Below are positions 1-11,196 of a stretch of DNA of 64,000 bases, piece by piece. The notes beneath the pieces were generated by a model, which saw only the letters and a list, made by a program, of their open reading frames with translations, made no database searches and was not told the origin of the DNA. Made by a program: the position numbers and the translations under genes. Numbering within the stretch: the stretch's first letter is position 1; each line of letters begins with the position of its first letter. This stretch comes from Diplonema japonicum (lineage: Eukaryota > Protista > Euglenozoa: Diplonemea). Where the stretch lies: positions 186,001 to 250,000 of the forward strand of contig OZ025710.1 in the NCBI GenBank assembly GCA_964019335.1. Direction: 5' to 3'.

Positions 1-458
1 CCTGCAACGTCTTTCAGTTTTGAACATTGGAGGTATACGGATTCACGTTTTGAGAGCTTTCCTCTGTGGTATCTCCAGAGGAATGTTACGGCTTTTCCAA
101 GCTGGGCGCCGAGCGAGCCGGGGATGACGAGGGAGATGGGGTTGGGAGGGTCGCGTGACGTGTGGATCTCGATCTTTGCGTTCTTCACGGGGTCGGCCTT
201 GAAGCTTCCCTTGACAAAGCATGTTTGTTCCCTGCGAACCACCCTCGTGATCTTCTTGACCTCTGCTGACTCGACCGACCCGTCTTCTAGCGTGATGGCG
301 AGGCCCAAGCGGAACAACCAACACTTACACTTCCTCTCTCCCCCGTCCTGCCCCACCCGAATCCCGTCGATCCCGTTCCCATTATTCCACAGCGCTCCTA
401 TAAAAATCTCATCCGGGCTGACCCCGAACCTCTCGCGGACCTGCGCTTCATTTTCCAT
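1..458 (-). CDS. Hypothetical protein, 5' part (runs off window edge)
   Basis: ATG at 458 opens a stop-free frame MENEAQVRERFGVSPDEIF...SKLKDVA to base 1. Coding-like composition; absent from the ORF track because it has no stop in the window. Confidence 0.7.
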   Translation of the reverse strand, partial: MENEAQVRERFGVSPDEIFIGALWNNGNGIDGIRVGQDGGERKCKCWLFRLGLAITLEDGSVESAEVKKITRVVRREQTCFVKGSFKADPVKNAKIEIHTSRDPPNPISLVIPGSLGAQLGKAVTFLWRYHRGKLSKRESVYLQCSKLKDVA

Positions 459-563
459 GTGGCATTTTTTTTTTTTTTTTTTTTTTTTTCTTGGGAAAGG
501 TTTTTTTTTGTGTACATATAAAAAAAAAATTTTTTTTTAAAAGTTCAACTATCGTAGAAAGGC

Positions 564-995
564 TCAGTTACGGCCGAAGTGGCTGAGGATCATGTCGAGG
601 GCCTTGGACTTCTCACCGTAGTCGGTCACGGCGACGCACGAGGCACCGATGACCTTCTTGATGTTGGCGGCCTGGTCGTACTTGGCAAGGCCAACCCACT
701 CACCGAGCTTCTTCTTCTCGGGGACCTTGATGAGGTCGATACCGTGCTCAGTGCAGAGGGCCTCGATCAGGGCAGTGTAGGCACCCTCGTTACAGTCCTC
801 GGCAAGAACGCACAAGTGCGCCACACGCTTGTCAAGGGCCTTGACGGTCTCGTGGAGACCCCTGCACAGACCCTTGTGGAACCTGGCCCTCTTCAGAACC
901 TGCTGAAGGGCGGCGTTCATGTCCTCCGGCTCCTCATCCTCCTCAACGGGGGTCTCCTCGACCTCAACCTCCTGGACAATGTCTTCGTCGGCCAT
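564..995 (-). CDS. RPS12: 40S ribosomal protein S12 (eS12)
   Basis: GLCRGLHETVKALD, LIEALCTEH, KLGEWVGL and GASCVAVTDYG are the eS12 signature; intronless. Confidence 0.97.
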   Translation of the reverse strand: MADEDIVQEVEVEETPVEEDEEPEDMNAALQQVLKRARFHKGLCRGLHETVKALDKRVAHLCVLAEDCNEGAYTALIEALCTEHGIDLIKVPEKKKLGEWVGLAKYDQAANIKKVIGASCVAVTDYGEKSKALDMILSHFGRN

Positions 996-1170
996 GTTGA
1001 TAGTTATTTTTTACTTGATATCTGAGTGTATGATGTGGGGGGGGGGGTATTTTGTTTTAAACAACAGGGGGGGGGTAAAAAAGTTTTTTTTTCTTCTTTG
1101 ACTATAAAAATAAAGGGGAATCTTGATATGGATACTTTAAAAAGAGAACATGAACTCCGTCTTTCGATTC

Positions 1171-1329
1171 TCAGTACCCGTACTGGGCGAGCAGCTTGGC
1201 CTGCTTGGGGAGCTCCTTCGACGCCTCAGACTTGGCCTCAGCCCACATCTTGTCGGTGGCCTTCTTGGACTCGAAGTACTTGGCACCACGGACCTTGCGC
1301 TCCTCCTCAAGCTTGGCGACGTCGGCCTG

Positions 1330-1364
<35 letters not shown>

Positions 1365-1901
1365 CCCACACACCTGGTGCTTCCACCCGAGCTCGTGGGA
1401 CAGACGTCCGAGCCTGCAGTACTTCCTGTTGGGGGCAAGACGGAGCACCCTAAGGGCCTGGGGGCACACAACCCTCTTCACACGCTCCATGTTCTTGGGG
1501 ACACCCTCGAAGCACACAAGGCGCTTCAAGGCGGCCCTCCCGCGCTTCTGGTGGTTGCGCTCGTTCTTAGTGATCATCCCACGGATCTGTGAGGTGGGGG
1601 GATTAGATGAGGTAAAAAAAAAAAAACATACAACACGGGTGATCATGGCCGAGGGGGCACGGTGGTGGAAGGGACCCTTCCCGGGGTTGGTGAGGGTGCG
1701 CTTCCTCAGGAAGTCAAGCATCTTCAGCTTGTTACGGATGTGGGTCCCGGAGATGTTGGTTTCCTCGCACCTCACAAGGGTCACCTTCTCGCCGTTCTGG
1801 AGCTTCTTGGCCACAATACCGCAGATACGACCCATCAAGTGTCCCTTCATGTCCACGCAGGTCGCCTTCGCCTTCTTCTCGGTGATGGTGTGCTTACCCA
1901 T
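1171..1901 (-). CDS. RPL13A: 60S ribosomal protein L13a (uL13), copy 1; introns 1587-1631 and 1327-1373
   Basis: DMKGHLMGR, GPFHHRAPS, RGRAALKRLVCFEGVP and LGRLSHELGWK motifs. Removing the two GT-AG introns gives a continuous frame ending LAQYGY*. Confidence 0.96.
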
Positions 1902-1993
1902 TTTTTTATATTTTTTTAAAGTATACAAACGATAAGTTCTGTTGAAAAACTCAATTAAGAAGGAGCAACAGCACAAAAAAGAAAAAAAAAAAA

Positions 1994-2869
1994 TTACTCA
2001 CACCCCTTGACCACCCTGGTAAGCGGGAGTCTGTACCCATCTAAAGATAAAGCTCGTGCGATTTCCAACACGTTTCGAACTGTTTGTCGTGATGTGTGTC
2101 CCTTGTGGGAAGGCCGTCGTTGGCTGTTACGACAGGCCTGGGTGCCGTGGTGGTCCAGCATGTCTCGAACGGAACGGACTTTCTTACCATACGAAGATGA
2201 GAAAACATCCTTCAAATTGCACCATTTTGCAAGGTACACCGCAAAGCACCCGTCTCTTGACGCAAGCTCCACCACGCGTCTGCCAGTAAAATCATCAGAG
2301 AGAAGCAACGAGAAGCGATGAAAGGCAACAGGGTTTGTTACATTCTTAACGGACGTTGATAACGGTGGCGGGTCATCTCCCGGAGGTTTGTCCCATGGAA
2401 GCATCAAACCAATATTGTCGAGATAAACATGGAAATCTTGCATTGCGTTTTTGAAGCAAGGTGCGAGGGTGAGGTTCCCCAGCTTGACGGTGGGAGGTAG
2501 GAGCTTCTTGTCGATGTTTTCCGCTCCGGTGGAGGGCTGTACCAATGTGAAGAATTCCTTCCCTACTTGTCGAAACGTTCTAGCATCTACTACAGCTGCC
2601 CTGAGACCCACAACGTCGCTTTCATCGTTAAGAAGGTCCACACCCACAGCCACGTACCACACAAAGGGTTGCTCAGTGAAACCTGTCCACTTGTTTTGGA
2701 TGTATTCTTTCCGGGTGCCTTCACCATCGTATTCTATTTGATACAGCCGTCCCCATTGTTCGTTAACCCAAGCTAGCATCGTCTTGCATGTTAAGCCCCA
2801 GTTCAAGGCGTCAGTAACTTCATCGAAGAAGTCTAAAATGTCACTTCTAAGTTCGACCGCGAAGAGCAT
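1994..2869 (-). CDS. ERI1-like DEDDh exonuclease-fold protein, apparently degenerate, with possible F-box-like N-terminus
   Basis: AAVVDA..EFFTLVQP, APCFKNAM, WCNLKDVFSSSY and HTSRQTVRN resemble ERI1/3 segments, but the acidic catalytic residues are not evident. Confidence 0.5.
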   Translation of the reverse strand: MLFAVELRSDILDFFDEVTDALNWGLTCKTMLAWVNEQWGRLYQIEYDGEGTRKEYIQNKWTGFTEQPFVWYVAVGVDLLNDESDVVGLRAAVVDARTFRQVGKEFFTLVQPSTGAENIDKKLLPPTVKLGNLTLAPCFKNAMQDFHVYLDNIGLMLPWDKPPGDDPPPLSTSVKNVTNPVAFHRFSLLLSDDFTGRRVVELASRDGCFAVYLAKWCNLKDVFSSSYGKKVRSVRDMLDHHGTQACRNSQRRPSHKGHTSRQTVRNVLEIARALSLDGYRLPLTRVVKGCE

Positions 2870-3510
2870 GTGTGGAGTGTGTATGTGTGTATGGGGGAGG
2901 GGGGGGTTATTACTTTTTTTCTTTTCTTTTTTTTTTACCGGAGAGGATTAGACAAAAAAAAAGGAAAGAATATAAGGAGAGAGGAGAAGACGGAGAGAAG
3001 GAAGCATTTGTGAGAGGGATGGAAAAAAAAAAAAAAAAAAAAAAAGAGAACTCACTGTGATGGGAGAGAGGAAATGTTTGCAACGCGACCCACCGGGATA
3101 CAAAAAAAAAAAAAAGCGATAACTTACGGTTAAGAAAAAAAAGGGTCTTTTTTTTTGATGCAAAAAACATTCACAAAAATAGAAGACTGGACTCACCCCA
3201 ATATAAAAAAAAGTAAAGGCTTTTTTTTGGTCCTCTTGGGGGGGGGGTTTTTTTTCTCTCTCCCCTCCCCACACCCCTCTCTACACCACCTTTTTTTTTT
3301 TACTTCTTCTCCTCCTTGTTCATCTGATAAAAAAAATACACGTTTATTTTTTTTTAAACCGAATCAAGAGAGAGAAGGCGAGAGAAAGGGGGGGGAGGAG
3401 AAAAAAAAAGAGAAAAAGAAGAAACAAAGGAGCGGAAGAAGGAAAGGAGAGGAAACCTTTGGAAAGAATATAAAAGAGAAAAAAAAGGGGGGGGTAAATA
3501 AAAAAAAAAA

Positions 3511-4171
3511 TTAGTTCCTCTTCTTAGGAACACCGTTCTGCTGCTCGGCGGGTCGTTTTCCAGACGTAATGGGGACATCTGTCACACTGTTCACAACAGA
3601 GAATGCTCCTGCTTTTACAAGGGTTTCTCTGTTGTCAGCACCGGTGAGGCAGCCATAAACGTAAGGTGTGCCTGCATTGAGGCCTTCTTCAATGTCCCTT
3701 ACGGTATCGCCCATTTTAGCGACTTGCTGGATTTTTTCAATACCGCACTGCTTCATTAACTCATATATCATGAAAGGGTAGGGCCTCCCTTGGCCAACCT
3801 CCATGGCGACGCAAGAACCGTCGATGTAGCTTCCAAATCCGAGTTTTTTAATAATATGGGATGCGATGTTCCTTGGGAAACCGGTGTCAAGACCGATCTT
3901 GATCCCGGCTTTTCGGAGCTTTGTGAAGTATTTGGTGATGCCCGGGATGGGTTTCAGAGGGCTGTCCTTGTCAAAGTACACTGCAACGAGTTCCTCTTCA
4001 AAGTCGGCGTACAGGCCGTTGATTTCCTCTTCGCCGCCTGCGTTGTTCTTTGCGACGAAGTGCGCGATCACCTCCCTTTTGTTGGCACCGTGCCATGCGT
4101 TGAACTCATCATCGTCCACCTTAAGCCCCGCCTCCTTCATCACCGCCTTCAGCGTTGTGTATACAATACCA

Positions 4172-4208
<37 letters not shown>

Positions 4209-4422
4209 ACACCTCGTCGACGGTGGTGCCCGCCATGTCGAAAACCACCAATTTCACGCCCAGTTCTGTCAACGGTGTGCAGGGCGACGGGCTCGCTGAG
4301 GCGGCGGCAGGGCTCGCCTCGATCGACAGCGGGGCCGCGACGGAACCGGAAGCAGCCGTGCTCTGCTGCTTCAAAACAATCTCCCCGTTCGGGAGAACTC
4401 TGATCTCAGTCACCGCCGACAT
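3511..4422 (-). CDS. Phosphonatase-like (PhnX-like) HAD hydrolase; intron 4174-4212
   Basis: After splicing, VVFDMAGTTVDE|GGIVY; also GLDTGF, GRPYPFMI and KMGDTVRDIEEGLNAG (HAD motifs). Confidence 0.85.
4174..4212 (-). other. 39-nt poly(A) intron GTGTGTTT(A)30G
   Basis: Interrupts the family motif GTTVDE|GG; GT and AG ends; no pyrimidine in the last ~30 nt. Confidence 0.9.
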
Positions 4423-4529
4423 TTTTTTTCTTTTTTTTTTTTCTTTACAAATAATCTCTTTTCCAAAAGATTTTTTGACGTTAACAAAAAAAAAAAAAAA
4501 AAAAAAAAAAAGAAAATATCATAAAACAC

Positions 4530-5720
4530 TCACCACCTTGTGCCGGCCCACCTCGCCACCGCCGGGATCATTTTAATATACGTATCGATGCCGTGACCTT
4601 CCATGTTCTGCACCCACAGTTCACCACCGAAATAATTCGCTCTGGCTTTTGACAGTGGTAAACCAAACCCGTACCCGGACAATCTTTGTGCGCTGACGAC
4701 ATCACGTATCCCTAGAACGGGTGTGGTGGCAGCAGATGGTTTGGTTTTCCTTCTCCCGTGCTTGTCAAGGAGAGTGGTCCCGGACACTCCGTACCGCCAA
4801 AGCGACGCTTCAGAAGCAGAGGACATCCCGCCACCTTGGTCGGACAGTTCAATGAGAACTGTCCCTTCTGGTGAGCTTGAAATCGTAGCCTCAATGGGTG
4901 GCAACAACGGCGACAGGGAATGCCGTTCAACAGTGGCCTTCATGGAGTTTTTTAAAAGCTCTACTAGAATAGCCTGCAGGTTCGCAGGGACACAAAATAA
5001 TTCTGCGTTCCTTGGGTCGACGATGTCAATCTCTGGGAATTGTCCGTACTCGGCTGAACACAGTTCCTGCGCCTCCTCGGCAGCCGCGTCGAGGATGAAG
5101 CGTATGGGAGCAGCTCTGTGAAAAACTCCAACATCGTGTGGTGAAAAACCTGTTTTAAAATGGTCGGTTAAGGCCTGATGATTGGCACCGATCAGCCTTC
5201 TTGAAATGCGATGGCCTATGAACAAATGTATGAACTCGTCAAGCCGTTGGACTTCTTCTTGCGTCATGTGCCGTTTAGCATTGGCAACGCCTTCCGAAAG
5301 AGATGTTAAAAGCGTTGCGTTCTTCTTCAGCAAGGATTCTACCACTGTTGTGTATTCGAACGCGTCTTGTAAGGTTTCAGGGGTTTTCGCGGGCGCCAGA
5401 ACGTCGAAGGAGATTCGGTACTCTTTGAACACCAAAAGCATGCCGGGTTGGTTTAACACTATAAGTGGGAGGTTTTCAAAGCTCATTATCGTCCTCGCCA
5501 GACGGAGAGGGAGTTCCCTGTGCATCGCCTTTGCGCTTTCTATCACGTTCTCCTCCGTTATGGTGCCGGAGTCGTACCACTTGATCATGTCATGCAAGGG
5601 TATAGACCTTGGTGTCTGCCGCGCGTACTTCTCGATGGTCACGTCATAGAAGTCAAAGTCGAAAGCCGACCCTAAAACATCCCGTTCAAGCACCGCGAAA
5701 AGAGGACGGCATCTTCTCAA

Positions 5721-5723
<3 letters not shown>
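4530..5723 (-). CDS. Mitochondrial PDK/BCKDK-family protein kinase
   Basis: MLRR presequence-like start, RELPLRLA, HRISRRL, ELLKNSMKAT, DQGGGM, SGYGFGLPLS and EGHGIDTYI. Confidence 0.92.
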
Positions 5724-5758
<35 letters not shown>

Positions 5759-5884
5759 GTGTATGTTTTTTTTTTTTTTTTTTCACCTTTTTTTTTTTTT
5801 TTTTTAAATGGCACGGAACGGGGGGGAAATTATGAAACTGGAAAGTTTTTTTTTTGTTCATTTTTTTTTTTTTCTTTTTTCTTG

Positions 5885-6505
5885 CTACCCTGTTAAAGGT
5901 CGTCCATATTTCTCTAGAATTTCACGTTTTTTCCTCTGCCTCCTCCCAACGTCTTCAACTGCCAGCCTGGCGACTCCGTCTTCCACGATACACCGTTCCA
6001 TCACCGCAGGGGGCGGTCGGGGGGGGTATTTCCTGTCAAGTTCCAAATTCACACACTGCCGTTTCGCTAAAGGCCGTTCGAAAAATCTTGCGAAGAACAT
6101 AGGAGAGACGGGGGGCTTGGGTTTGGAAGAAGAGGTGGTTGAGGTGGCCATCGTTGCACGCAGATCCAAAGACCAACTGAATGGGCTCTGCTCGAGGTTC
6201 TTTCTCGATCGGTACAAAACAGGCTTCAAGGGAAACAACCGCTCTGACACACCGATTACTTTTTTTTCGTGTTTTTTGTCCTCGATTCTGGGAACTGGTG
6301 GAGTGCAAACTTTTCTCTCCGTCAGCCGCTTGCTTGTGTTTTTTACCTTCTTCACCTCGGCGAAATCCTCTTCCAACTGCATACGGATCGCCATCCTCAC
6401 AAACTTCTCTCTGAGCTCTGGGTAAGGCGAGGCCTCTCCCATCAATAACATCCTGCCCTGCTCACTTACTGGTATAGTTCGAAAGCGTTTTGAGCGGGGG
6501 TGCAT
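5885..6505 (-). CDS. Hypothetical basic protein
   Basis: 206-aa ORF with an A-tract before the ATG and coding-like composition between low-complexity spacers. Confidence 0.65.
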   Translation of the reverse strand: MHPRSKRFRTIPVSEQGRMLLMGEASPYPELREKFVRMAIRMQLEEDFAEVKKVKNTSKRLTERKVCTPPVPRIEDKKHEKKVIGVSERLFPLKPVLYRSRKNLEQSPFSWSLDLRATMATSTTSSSKPKPPVSPMFFARFFERPLAKRQCVNLELDRKYPPRPPPAVMERCIVEDGVARLAVEDVGRRQRKKREILEKYGRPLTG

Positions 6506-6739
6506 TTTTTTTTCCCCCCTCTTTTCTTGTTTGTTAAAATCCCCTTCTCTCTCCCCCCCCGCCTTCCCCGCCAGTTAAATTTTCATAGACAGCAAACAAG
6601 AATGGAAGAAAAAAAAGAACCTCGAAGCGGGAAGGGGGGGGGTAAAAAAAAGGGGGGGGGTGTAGCTAGGTGAAAAAAAGAAAACACTCAATAATAAATA
6701 GGAACTCTTTTTTTTGTTTTTGTTTTATATATATATTTT

Positions 6740-9279
6740 TTAATGCCCGCCCTTCATTAGATTAAGCGCTCGAATCTGGTGTGCAGGCAGATCTTTTCGA
6801 AGAAGCAGGACTTTTTTCGCCTCGTCTGGGTTGAGCCTCCACATGAGGGCACCACTGCTGTACGCACCGCCTGTCCAAAGGTCCTCAACTTCGGCAAGCT
6901 GGATTTTTTTTTTTTTTTGGGATTTAAGATTCTTGGCATACTCGATCAACGATGAGCAGAGCGGCGATGTGGGAGAGCCTAGTAAACTTCTCACGGATGG
7001 GTTTTTCTGTTTTGCCGGAAAAATATTGTTTCACAGCTCTGATGTCACGGTCTAGCTGTAGCCCACCGCAAACGTCATAGCTTTTCTTCATGAGGATAAC
7101 CTCCATTTGCTTCACAGTCCATCTGGGGGGAGGGTGTTTTTTCTTCTTTTTTTTTTCTTTTCACCCATACCCCACTATCTCCGCAATCAACACATTCATG
7201 TTCTCGATATTCAAAATATCCGTGTAGGGCCGCAGCATTTCCTCCCACTGTTGTATAGCGGCTCGTACCCAGGCGTCACAGATTTCATAATGGATTAGTT
7301 TTTCCTTTTTTTTTTTTTTTTTTTTGAAATAATAAAAAAAAAAAAAAGAAAAAAAAAAGTACCTCTCCAAGCACGTAGCTCAGCTCATCGAACGATTTCA
7401 GACCTTTCTCGTACATTTGCTTGGTTATCAGGGTTTTAGTCTTCCCGATGACCGATAGCAGAAGTTCGTCGAACAGCGAACCCGCCGTGAGCAGGTCTTG
7501 ACCGGATGCTTTGTACTGCTCCATCGCAGCTTCCCCTTCCGCAGCGAAGTCCTTTGGACACAACGCCATGAAAAAATCGTTTAGCTTGGCGCAGTATTCC
7601 TTGCACGTCAGACACGCGTTCATCCAGTAAAGGTTTTTCGGGGCGATCTGGTTCTCCCGCTTCAGTGTAAGCTTTTCTTTCAAGACGATGAGGAGGTTGT
7701 CTCTGATGAGGTCGGTGATAATGTTGAGGACGGACCCGATGATGGGCCCTGACCTAGTACGCACTACACGTTCTACAGTCGTGCGGAGAATGAAAAAGAT
7801 ATCATCGACGAAGGTTGTGGCAGCCTCTCCATCGCAGTGCTCTTCCTCTTGGTTCAAACCGAGAAAATTTGTCCCTTGTACAGTCACGTCCATTAAATTT
7901 TTCCACGCTTTGGGGTCGGAGAACCTTGTAGGGGACTGTGATGTCGCCGATCCCTTTGAAGTGTTACCGGGGGTGTTGCCGCTGTCGGCGGATCGAGAGG
8001 AAGTGAGTAGTACATCAAGAGCCTTTCCAAAGGCTGCTGCTAGATACTCCCGCTGAAGAGGAATGTAACATCCCAAAAGCTCGTGCAGTTTGTCCGTCAG
8101 CGCCGGTTCCCCGGTCACCCCGCGTTTCTTCTTCAAAAAATCAAAGTATAAAAAGCAGAAGTATGACAGATGGCTGATCTCCTCAAGAGTCTGGTCCATT
8201 TTTTTCGTGTCGGTGTCGTTGCCGAGGCCTTGTCCTTGATGTGTTGGGGTTGATTGAGGTGTGGGGCTCCTCGATCCAGTTAACGTGAGGTTTCTGTTCG
8301 TCAGGAAACTGTTCAGAACACTGACAGAGTGTTTCGTGCATTCCTCGTGCAATGCGTTCACCATGACGGCTACACCGGATTCCCCGAAGAATTCGGTGAT
8401 GTGTGCGTCCTCTGCTTCGATGGTGCTGACGATGTGATCGAGAACCTCGGAGACAAGAGTGAGATGAGTGGCGGTTTTTGATCCTTTTGCGATGGTGTCG
8501 AGTGTGGACTCGACGTGCAGGGTGAGCTGTGCCCCGCAGCCTTGCTGCAGCCAGCGTGAGTATTGTTCCACACCTTCTTGGGTGAGCCCGACCTTTTTGT
8601 ACAATTTGGAGAACCGGACAACACCATCGCGATCCTGCGCTGCTGCAGATTCGTTGAACTCCTTTCGAACTGCATCGCGAACTTCATCACGTTTTGCGTG
8701 TAACAGTTGCGCTGTGGCGCGTGTGCCTGGCTTTCTCACACCAACCACATCGTCGTCCTCTGAGTCGGTTTTATCGATTACTTCTTGCGTTGCAAGTTCC
8801 TCATCACTGTCTTGTTCTTCAAGAGCTGCGATGTCTTTGAGTTGATCTTCGATAATGTAATATTCAGAGATGATTTCCGCGGCAGCTTCATAGTCGCATT
8901 TTGACAGTGCGGTTGTGATGCCTTCAAGGGAGCTGCCTTGTTTTGAGACGCCTGTGGCGAGGTCTAAGGTGCTGTTTACTCTTGCTTTGAGTTTGTCGAT
9001 TTCTTTTACCCGCCGGGAGGATTGCTTTGCGATCTTGGCGGATTCTGCGATGGAGGTGGCGAGTTTTGCGGCCTTCTCCTTTGCAGAGTACAGTTGGTGG
9101 TATTTCGTGTCGCTGATCAGTTCCACCTGGAGGCCCACGTCGTCCTCGTCCGTCACCACGTCCCCCACCTCTGCCCAGATCGCATCCTGTTCTTTCGTGA
9201 CCCTTTCGATTTCCTTCAGCAGCGCAACGCATTCCTTGTTCAACGCTGAGCCTTGCGACGGGTCCGGTGTGTATGGCAT
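6740..9279 (-). CDS. COG4: Conserved oligomeric Golgi complex subunit 4; introns 7305-7362, 7123-7170, 6899-6941
   Basis: DYEAAAEII, FVDDIFFIL, SYVLGE|EKLIHYEICDAWV, GGLQLDRDIR, IREKFTRL and WRLNPDEAKKVLLLR, assembled by removing three GT-AG introns. Confidence 0.88.
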
Positions 9280-9418
9280 TTCCCCCCCCCTTTTTTTTCT
9301 TTTTGGATTTGAAATGTTAAGAAAGGAAAAAAAAAAATTTTTTTTTCTTTGGAAAGAGGCGGGAGAGAGAGAGAGAGGCTATAAACATCAAAAAAAAAAA
9401 GTAAAATAATGCTGTGTT

Positions 9419-10484
9419 TTAGTTCAAAACCCTTCCAAACTCAATAGACTTCACCGGGAGGGATTTGGATATGGAAACCTGAACGTTTTTTTTTTTTTTT
9501 TTTTTTTTTTCCCAGCGTTTTCCATACTGGTCTCCAAGTACCGAACCTCGGCCGATCCCTTGCACGCTCCTCCTTCTCCGTCGCCTCCTTAATCTCGAAG
9601 GGATCTTCTCGGTAAGGGGGGAAGGCGGCCTCGTTGTTCCCAAATAAAGCCCCGACACCGGATTTTCCTTTGTGGCTGGGCTTCCAAGGAGAGTCTTTCG
9701 GGGGCGGCGTAGTGGAGGCTACCGGCTTGCGCGGCTGGAGGGGTTGTTTCAACCGATAGACTTGCGACGCTCCGCACTGTAGGGGGAGGGTGGGATTCAA
9801 AATTTAGGGGAAAAAAAAAAAAAAAAAAAAAAATCATACATTCCCCGATTCATCGAAAAATTTTGTGTTTTTGCACGCTGATTTGAAAGGGACCTTTTCG
9901 GCCAGCATTGCACGGTCCTTCTCCCTTGCTTTTTGCTCCAGTTTTTTTGGATTGTCGAAGGGGTCACATATATACGTGCACCCTTCCCAGTCAGAGTTCG
10001 CCCCACCCAGCGAGTTTGAAAGCAATGTGCCTGGCACCCCGTAGGTACCTTTTTTGCAGGGACCTATCACAATGTTGCGCTGCTCTGGTTCTTTTTTCGG
10101 AGGGTGCTCTCCTTTCTGAATGACGGTGTATTCGGTTTCATGTCTAACCCCTTGCCCAAAACAACCGAAATACCCGCCCAAGCCACAGGACTGTTTCCCC
10201 GGTGACGGGCCTTTGAAGGGTCCGTTTCCTATAAACCTGGAGTTCTTTTCCTTGATGCTTTGTTTTTCCACCCATCCTGGGTCTTTATATTCGTCGCCCT
10301 CGCTTAAACCGTTGAAGGAGGCGTAGAGGTTCCACCCAAAGGTAGTCTGAGGGAGGTTGCCCTTCTTCCCCGAGCCCGTTACGAAGCATTTTAACCCCTC
10401 GTTCCGAGGGTCTTTTGGGGCCTTCTTATCATATTCGTCACCAATAGTTATGTAGCCTGCAGCTTCTGAGAAGAGCGAGACCAT
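9419..10484 (-). CDS. CFAP96/C4orf47-like (DUF4586) ciliary protein; introns 9777-9839 and 9479-9527
   Basis: LFSEAAGYITIGDEY, NIVIGPCKKGTYG, WKPS and FPPYREDP match my recollection of the family; the spliced frame is continuous. Confidence 0.75.
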
Positions 10485-11196
10485 CTTCCTCTCTCTCCCC
10501 CCTTTTTTTTTGTGTGTAACAAGAGAAGAAACGTGTGGGTTCTCCCTCTTACCCGACCCTTTTTTTTTTTTTTTTTTTTCGCGGAGTGACAGAAAGAAAA
10601 AAAAAGTAGTGGGTGGTGGGGGAGTGCGAGGTAAAAAAAAAAAAGAAGAAAATGGACGACGAGAGTAAAGGTGAGTAATAAAAAGAAACAAGGGAAAGCA
10701 AAAAAAAGGGGGGGGACAATAAACTATTTTTTTCTTGTGAAAGGGGACGAGAGGGGGGGGGGGGGGGGGATGATGCTCTTACTAAAGAAAGAAAAAGGGA
10801 GATGGGGAAGAAAAAAAATGAAAGAAAAAAAAAAAACCAATAATCAAATGTGTGAGCTACATATTTTTTTTTTTAAAAAAAAAAAACTTTCTTCTTTTCC
10901 TCCCCTTCCTCCAATAAAAACGAGCACAAAAAAAAGGTGTGGGGAAGGGGTGCGAAACGTGTGTGTGAAAAAAAAAAGGTCTAATCAAACAAAAAAAATC
11001 GTGGGTGTGTGGTTGGTGGGGCAAAACTAAGGGGTGTGAACGAAAAAAAAAAAAAAAAAAAAAAGTGGCAAGGGACAAAAAAAAAAAAAAAGTGGGCTGG
11101 TAGAAAAAAAAAAAAAAAAAATCTAACACTTGATATTTTTTTTTGATTTTTTTTTTTTTTTTTTTTAGAAAAAGAAAAAAAAAAATTACTCATCAT

